Below the pieces are notes generated by a model. The model ran no database searches. It was given only the letters and a program-made list of their open reading frames with translations, and was not told the DNA's origin. Made by a program: the position numbers and the translations under genes. Positions 56,503-64,000 of a DNA stretch of 64,000 nucleotides are shown one piece after another; the first letter of the stretch is position 1, and each line of letters starts with the position of its first letter. This stretch comes from Eledone cirrhosa (lineage: Eukaryota), in the NCBI GenBank assembly GCA_964016885.1, contig OZ024761.1, positions 1,178,001 to 1,242,000 on the forward strand. Reading direction: 5' to 3'.

Positions 56503-57552
56503 AGTCCTTGGGTGGTAGACTTAATTTGTCACCTGGTTTCACAACATTATCTGGTCCTTGCGTGGTAGACTTAATTTGTCACCTGGTTTCATATCATCTG
56601 GTACTTGAGTGGTAGACTTAATATGTCATCTGGTTTCACATCATCTGCTCTTGGGTGGTAGACTTAATATGTCATCTGGTTTCACATCATCTGGTCCTTG
56701 GGTGGTAGATTTAATATGTCATCTGGTTTCACATCATCTGGTCCTTGGCTGATAGACTTAATCTGTCATCTGGTTTCATATCATCTGGTCCTTGGGTGGT
56801 AGACTTAATCTGTCATCTGGTTTCATATCATTTGGTCCTTGGGTGGTAGACTTAATCTGTCACCTAGTTTCATATCATCTGGTCCTTGGGTGGTAGACTT
56901 AATTTGTCACCTGGTTTCACAACATCATCTGGTCCTTGAGTGGTAGACTTAATCTGTCACCTGGTTTCACAATATAATCTGGTCATTGGGTGGTGGACTT
57001 AATCAGTCATCTGGTTTCACTTCATCTGGTCCTTGGGTGGTAGACTTAATCTGTCACCTAGTTTCATATCATCTGGTCCTTGGGTAGTAAACTTAATCTG
57101 TCACCTAATTTCATATCATCTGGTCCTTGGGTGGTAGACTTAATTTGTCACCTGGTTTCACAACATCTGGTCCTTGGGTGGTAGACTTAATTTGTCACCT
57201 GGTTTCACAACATCTGGTCCTTGGGTGGTAGACTTAATCTGTCACCTGGTTTCAGAACATCATCTGGTCCTTGGGTGGTAGACTTAATATGTCATCTGGT
57301 TTCACAATGTAATCTGGTCCTTGGGTGGTAGACTTAATCTGTCACCTAGTTTCATATCATCTGGTCCTTGGGTGGTAGACTTAATTTGTCACCTGGTTTC
57401 ACAACATCTGGTCCTTGGGTGGTAGACTTAATCTGTCGCCTAGTTTCACTACATCTGGTCCTTGGGTGGTAGACTTAATTTGTCACCTGGTTTCACAACA
57501 TCTGGTCCTTGGGTGGTAGACTTAATCTGTCGCCTAGTTTCACTACATTGTC
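56503..57552. repeat. 46-49-bp sister satellite (about 22 units)
   Basis: Unit catcatctggtccttgggtggtagacttaatctgtcacctggtttca. Confidence 0.9.
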
Positions 57553-57690
57553 TGGTTGGTCTTTGTGCATGTTTAGCAGAGGTCCAGTCTATTACAAGCA
57601 TTCGGTGTGAATTCTGAGACTTTCGTATAGCTTCATTTCTCACCTCCCTTACTCCCACCACCACCACCACCACCACCATCACTGCCTCTG

Positions 57691-57754
<64 letters not shown>

Positions 57755-57857
57755 CAAAAGGAACCATTGTCTCCTTTTGGGTTAACTATTGCATTAATAT
57801 TGTACTTCTATATTTAACTTAGGTTATTATGTATACATATATGTATATATATGTGTG

Positions 57858-57919
<62 letters not shown>

Positions 57920-58544
57920 ATTGTGTGTGTGTGTTTATGTATATATGTATATATATGTGTGTGTGTATATATATATACATACATACATTCGCACACACAC
58001 ACACATATATATACACACACACACCCGCATACATACACACGCAACTAATACTGAAACTATCGACTTTTCAACCAATCAGCAGTCAGCGTCAGCCTAGCTA
58101 AGGCGGCCATCATAATATATTTATAAACTCTAGCTCATGGAAATTTCATCAGATAAAACCTATTTAATAATTCATCGATATAAATTATTGATGACTTCCC
58201 TGAACAAACTTCAGTTGATCAGTGCAACAAGATTGCTAAATTAAACCAGTCTCCTTCCTTTCTTTCTTTCGCTCTTTCTTTCTCTTCCTTTCTCTCCTTC
58301 ATCTCTTTCCTTCCTCTCTTTCCCCTACTTTCTTTCTCTCCTTCTCTCCTTCCTCTCTTTCTCCTACTTTCTCTCCTTCTCTCCTTTTCATATTCTCCCC
58401 TCTTCTTTTCCTTGTCCTTCCTCTACTTTCTCTTCTTTCATATTATCCTCTCCTCTATTCTCTTTCTTGTCCTTCCTCCTTCTCCTTTTCTTCTTTCCTT
58501 CCTCTCCCCCTCTTTTCTCCCTTATTCTTTTTCATCTCTTTCCC

Positions 58545-58752
58545 TATTATTTTCTTCTTCTTCTTCTTCTTCTTCTTCTTCTTCTTCTTCTTCTTCTTCT
58601 ACAACACAAACGTCAATACCACCACCACCACCACCACCACCACCACCACCACCAAAAACAACAACAACAATACCACCACCACCACCAAAAACAACAACAA
58701 CAACAATACCACCACCACCACCACCAACAACAGCAACAACAACAATACCACC

Positions 58753-58784
<32 letters not shown>

Positions 58785-58808
58785 CGCCATCAACATCACT
58801 ACCACCAT

Positions 58809-58840
<32 letters not shown>

Positions 58841-59495
58841 CCACCACCACCACCATCACTATCAACAACAACAACACCTCTACCATCACCACCAACACCA
58901 CAACAATAACAACACCACCACCAACACCACCACGACAACAACAACACCACCACCAACACCACCACCACCACAACACCCCCACCATCACCACCAACACCAC
59001 CACCAACACCACCACCACAACAACACCACCACCATCACCACCACCAACACAACAACAATAACAACACCACCACCAACACCACCACCACAACAACAACACC
59101 ACTACCATCACCACCAACACCACAACAATAACAACACCACCACCACAACAACAACACCACCACCATCACCAACAACACCACCAACAACATCAACAGCAAT
59201 ACTAACTTCAATCCATCCATCTTTGTTTGGCTCACATCTCCAGAAGTGTTTATTGCTTTTTTTTTTTTGTAATTGTTTTTCATTTGTTTTTGTTTGTATA
59301 TTTTTACCTTGTCCACATCTCTTGGGGCAAAAGTATAGCACCCTAGCCCCCCTCGGGCTGTCTCTCTGTCCATCCATCAGTCCAGTTGTCTGTCTGTCTG
59401 TCCTGCTGTCGATTTGTCTAGCTAATGTATTTTTTTCAAATGTTTCTAAATACAAAGAATGATGATAGTGGCCAAAAAAACAAACAAAATAATAA

Positions 59496-59583
<88 letters not shown>

Positions 59584-59622
59584 ATTGCTACCACTACTAC
59601 TACTATTACTATTACTACTACC

Positions 59623-59653
<31 letters not shown>

Positions 59654-59701
59654 ATGCCACCACCACCACCACCACTACCACCACTTCCACCACCACCACA
59701 T

Positions 59702-59782
<81 letters not shown>

Positions 59783-59801
59783 CACCACCACAACTACTAT
59801 T

Positions 59802-59845
<44 letters not shown>

Positions 59846-59880
59846 TTACTGCTGCTGCTGCTACCACCACCAACAAAATA
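58545..59880. repeat. Mixed trinucleotide tracts (CTT, CAC/AAC, ACT)
   Basis: Direct reading. Confidence 0.85.
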
Positions 59881-59935
59881 ACTATCATAAGGTAGTCTCA
59901 CCTAGAGGCAGGGTACCAAGGATCTATGAGATGAA

Positions 59936-60578
59936 GGGCAGTGGATTGGTAGTATCGGTTGGGCATCAGACATGCTTTGCGGCATAGAGTTACGACCTTT
60001 TACGTTCTGAGTTCAAATCCTGGCATGGTTAGCTTTGCCTTTCATCCTATGGGGTCAATATATAAAGAACCAGTAATTGATTTTCCCCTCCCCTTCAAAT
60101 TGCTGGTCTTGTGCTCAAAGTAGAAACAATTGTTTTTATTATTTCTACTAGTTTAAGGGTGGTAGATTGGCAGAATCGGTAGAGCGGCGGACACTATACT
60201 CTTCAGCATAAAGTTACGACCCTTTACGTTCTGAGTTCAAATCCAGCCATGTTTAACTTTGCCTTTCATCCTTAAGGGGTCGATAAAATAAATTACCAGT
60301 AATATACTGGGGTCGATTTAATCGACTTTCCCCTCCTCCCAAATTGCTGGCCTTGTGCCTATATAAGAAACCATTATTTCTACAAGTGCGATGGATTGGC
60401 AGTATCAGTAGAGTGTCAGAGGCCATGCTTTGCAGCATAGAGTTACGGCCCTTTACGGTCTGAGTTCAAATCCCGCCGATGTTAACTTTGCCTTTCATGC
60501 TTACGGGGTTGATGAAATAAAGTACCAGTAATGCACTGAGATAATTGCTGGCCTTGGGCCAAAAGTAGAAACAATTAT
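59936..60578 (+). mobile_element. Three stacked SINE family A copies
   Basis: Units at ~59936-60132, 60157-60377 and 60391-60578. Confidence 0.85.
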
Positions 60579-60589
60579 TTTGACAGTAT

Positions 60590-61430
60590 ATATTTTTTTA
60601 TTAGTATTAAGTTTTCTATATATATATTAACATTATTGTAACTAAGCTTAGAAATACATTTATGTGTCCTACTTGAAAATAGAGTTGAAAATAGAGTTAA
60701 AGTGTATTTCCTTGTTATACCCTGATCTCGTAAGAGCTTCATTTTAATATTTAACATTTTAGGGGAATATATCTTTATTGGCCGAAAGTTTAGAAATTCT
60801 ACCTGATACATTATTAATAATAAATTTAATAATAGATTTTGGGTGATTCAAATTTTTATGCACATGATATAAAAATTCACCAGGTTCATGATAGGGTCTA
60901 AGAAGTTCTGTATTATTTAAATCAAGTGTAACACCCAGAAATTAATTACCTTTGTATTATTTTCCATCGTTATAGCTAGATTTTATTTTTGTAGAATTTA
61001 TACATGTGTTTTCTAACTCTCTCAAAGACAGAATTATTAAAAATGTTGAAGGTAAATAGAGCATCATCTCTATAAAGACCGCTTCATGCTAGGGAAATAC
61101 TTGAGTTGAGTCACTTGAACCCAGTGTTGGATTTACCATTGTGCATAGGTGTGCTTAAGCACAGGGCTCTGTTGGCCTGGTGTGTGGAGAGGGGAGAGGG
61201 GCATCTTCCTGTCCCAAAAGTTTTTTACCTCCTTCAGGGTCCAAGTAAATAGCCTCATAATTTAACTAAGCTAGGGCCTCATTTGTCCTAAATCTGGCAC
61301 TGCTTGAACCCATCGTAATATGAAAATTATTTGGATGATTTTTCCTAGACCAAAATCTACCATCAAATTCAATGATAATACATCTAGCTGCTACAATAAT
61401 GCCAATTTCCTGTCTTGTAATATTTGCCCA
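60590..61430 (-). pseudogene. Penelope-like reverse transcriptase remnant
   Basis: IIVAARCIIIEFDGRFWSRK..FHITMGS[MITE]SDSTQV, GLYRDDAL, LGVTLDL..RPYH, HVHKNLNHPKSIIK, RISKLS. This is a YRDD-type PLE RT core and thumb, with frameshifts and a deletion. Confidence 0.85.
61122..61302. mobile_element. hAT-like MITE (181 bp) inserted in the PLE RT
   Basis: TIRs CAGTGTTGGATTTA / TAAATCTGGCACTG. Perfect 8-bp TSD CTTGAACC at 61114-61121 and 61303-61310. Confidence 0.85.
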
Positions 61431-61591
61431 ATACACCGGACCCCATCCTTGAGTTGTATGGCTGTTACATTGACAACTGCATCGGCGCGACCTCACGTCA
61501 ACCGAGACTTATTATATGTGGAAATATTGTTCGTGAACTGATTTGTTCGTGATGTGAGGCATTCATGACCGAGTTTCCACTGTGTGTGTAT

Positions 61592-61753
61592 ATACTCTTT
61601 TACTCTTTTACCTGTTTCAGCCATCCGGCTGAGGCCATGCTGGGGCACCGCCCTTGATATGTATATATATATATATACATATATATATGTGTGCATGTAT
61701 GTATATATGTATGTATATATATATATATATGCATATATATTTGTATAGATATG

Positions 61754-61787
<34 letters not shown>

Positions 61788-61835
61788 CTCTGTTACTCTT
61801 TTACCTGTTCCAGCCATCCGGCTGAGGCCATGCTG
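61592..61835. mobile_element. Two short end-fragments of a dispersed repeat
   Basis: tactcttttacctgtt(t/c)cagccatccggctgaggccatgct, also at 12121-12168 (inverted) and 39753-39807, with diverged copies at ~21480 and ~24700. Confidence 0.6.
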
Positions 61836-62050
61836 TATATATATGTACATATATATATATGTATTTATATACATATATATATGTATATATATATATATAA
61901 ACATATATAAACATATATATATATACACATATATACACACATATATATATGTGTATATATATAAACATATATACATATATATATATGTGTGTATATATAT
62001 ATATAAACATATATATATACATATATACATATATATGTATATATGTGTAA

Positions 62051-62116
<66 letters not shown>

Positions 62117-62484
62117 TTGATACACATCTTCAATAATTTACAAGTTTTCAGAATAAGACATATTAAAAAGAGACGCGGCTCTCTGTGAATTAGCAATTTA
62201 AAATTCTCTTTTGAGCAAGTCTCTGTTTCCAATTGTGTAGACTGACGTACAAAAACCGAATACTTAGAATGGAATAGAATATACCAGAACTCTTGAAATA
62301 TTTACAAAGTCACCAAAATATAGAATTTTATGGAATCACTGCCTCTCTTTGCACCTATATCTCTCTTTCTCTCTTTCTCTCTCCCTCTCTCTGTATATAT
62401 ATATATATATATGTCTCTCTGTCTCTCCCTTTGTCTTTATATGTCCATCTCTTTGCCTTTGTATTTCTCTCTCCCCCCTCTCTC

Positions 62485-62529
<45 letters not shown>

Positions 62530-62827
62530 GTCTCTGTCTTTGTATTTCTGTCTCTTTCTCTTTATATGTCTGTGTCTCTCTCTCTATATATATGTATCTC
62601 TCTGTATCTCTCACCCTCTCTCTTTCTCTCTCTCTCTCTCTCGCTCTCTCTCTGTCTGTCTTTCTCTCACTCCCTCTCTCTCCCTGCATCTCCTCCCTCA
62701 CTACTCTCTCTCCCTCTCTACTCTCTCTCTCTCCCCCTCTCTACTCTCTACTCTCTCTCTCTCCTTAGAAAGAAGGCAACACTATTTAAACTTCTTACCC
62801 AGTTTTGGGTAGAAAGAATGAAATAAA

Positions 62828-63895
62828 ATGATGGTAATGATGATGATAATGGTGGTGATGATGATGATGATGATGATGATGGTGGTGATGATGGTGGTGG
62901 TAGTGGTGATGATGATGGTGGTGGTGGTGATGGTAATGATGATGATGGTGGTGGTGGTGGTGGTGATGATGGTGATGATGGTGGTGATGATGGTGGTGAT
63001 GATGGTGGTGGTGGTGGTGATGGTAATGGGTGGTGGTGATGGTAATGATGATGATGATGGTAGTGGTGGTGGTGGTGGTGGTGGTGATGATGATGGTAGT
63101 GGTAGTGGTGATGATGATGATGATGATGATGAAGAAGTGGGGGAAGTAAAGAAAGAGAAGAGATCATTGCTGTTGTTTTTGTTGCTGCTGATGTTGCTAG
63201 TGTTGTTATTGTTGTTGTTGTTGTTTTTGTTGTTGCTGTTGATATTGTTAATATTGTTGTTGATGATGTTGCTGCTGTTGATTTTGTTGTCGTTGTTGTT
63301 GATGCTGTCATCGTTGTTGTTGTTGCTGTTGTCATTGTTGTTGTTGTTGTTGCTGTTGTCGTTGTTGTTGTTGATATTGTTTTATTGATGAAAGGCCTTT
63401 GAAGAATTGAGATTTTTTTCTGAGAGGAGGAGGAGGAGGAGGAGAAGAATAAAGGGGTGGGAGTAGGAGAAAGGGGTGGGTGGCTGGGTGGGCAGGAGTT
63501 GGGTGGTGGTGTTATGGGTGGGCAAAAGAAGGGCAAGAAGACAATGAGCAGGGCGGAAGCCTTATTTGACACACAGACTGCTTGTTGTTGTTGTTGATGT
63601 TATTTTTGTTGTTGTTTATATTGGTTTTGTTGATGATGTTGTTGTTGTGGAATATGTTGTTGTTGTTGTTATTTTTGGTGTTGTTGTTGATGTTATTGTT
63701 GTTGATGCTGTTGATATTTTTAATGTGATTGTTATTGTGGTTGATGTCATTATTGACAATGATGATGTTGATGTTGTTGACAATCATGATGATGTTGATG
63801 CTATTATTGTTGACATTGTTGCTGATGATGATGTTGTCGTTGTTGTTGATGATGTTGTTGCTGTTGTTGTTGTTGTTGTTGATGTTGTTGTGTAG
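62828..63895. repeat. (GAT/GGT)n and (GTT)n low-complexity tracts
   Basis: Direct reading. Confidence 0.9.
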
Positions 63896-64000
63896 GTTGA
63901 TCTTGAAGATTAACACAAAAAAAAGAGTTGGAATAATGATTTATGAAGTCTCAGTTTCGAATTATACCAGACAAACTACCACCACCACCACCACCACCAC

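Noticed and set aside
54497-57552. CRISPR-like appearance of regular repeats (also 5113-6158 and 44890-50640)
   Set aside because: Units are contiguous with no unique spacers, there are no cas genes, and the context is eukaryotic.
58105-58160. ttttat-CTGATGA on the minus strand resembling the 27-kb hammerhead family
   Set aside because: GAAA is replaced by TAAA and stems I and III do not close. At most a dead relic.

Overview
Repeat-dominated animal genomic DNA, most likely octopus or another cephalopod. This is inferred from the extreme (TA)n/(TATG)n/(CA)n load and the SINE and LINE content. No host protein-coding gene can be supported, and nearly all listed ORFs are microsatellite artefacts. 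Recognisable content: two tRNA-derived SINE families (about 20 copies, often stacked in tandem), a 5'-truncated CR1/L2-type LINE, an internally deleted RTE LINE carrying a PHD-like Cys cluster, small hAT-like and Tc1/mariner-like MITEs, and large 97-, 60-, 21-, 55-, 168- and 50-bp tandem arrays. The main signal is a dense set of minimal type-I hammerhead ribozymes: 15 with an intact or compensated catalytic core plus about 5 degenerate ones, from about 10 unrelated sequence families. They sit in short non-coding, often long-palindromic (fold-back) cassettes inserted into (TA)n tracts. Most have a palindromic stem III (dimer-type hammerhead), several have a non-Watson-Crick base of stem II, and one has a compensated U3-A8 core. 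Decayed Penelope-like retroelement coding remnants are also present (RT with GLYRDD at ~60.6-61.4 kb; GIY-YIG endonuclease at ~28.8-29.6 kb) and are the likely source or mobiliser of these cassettes. All folds were assigned by eye and none has been tested.
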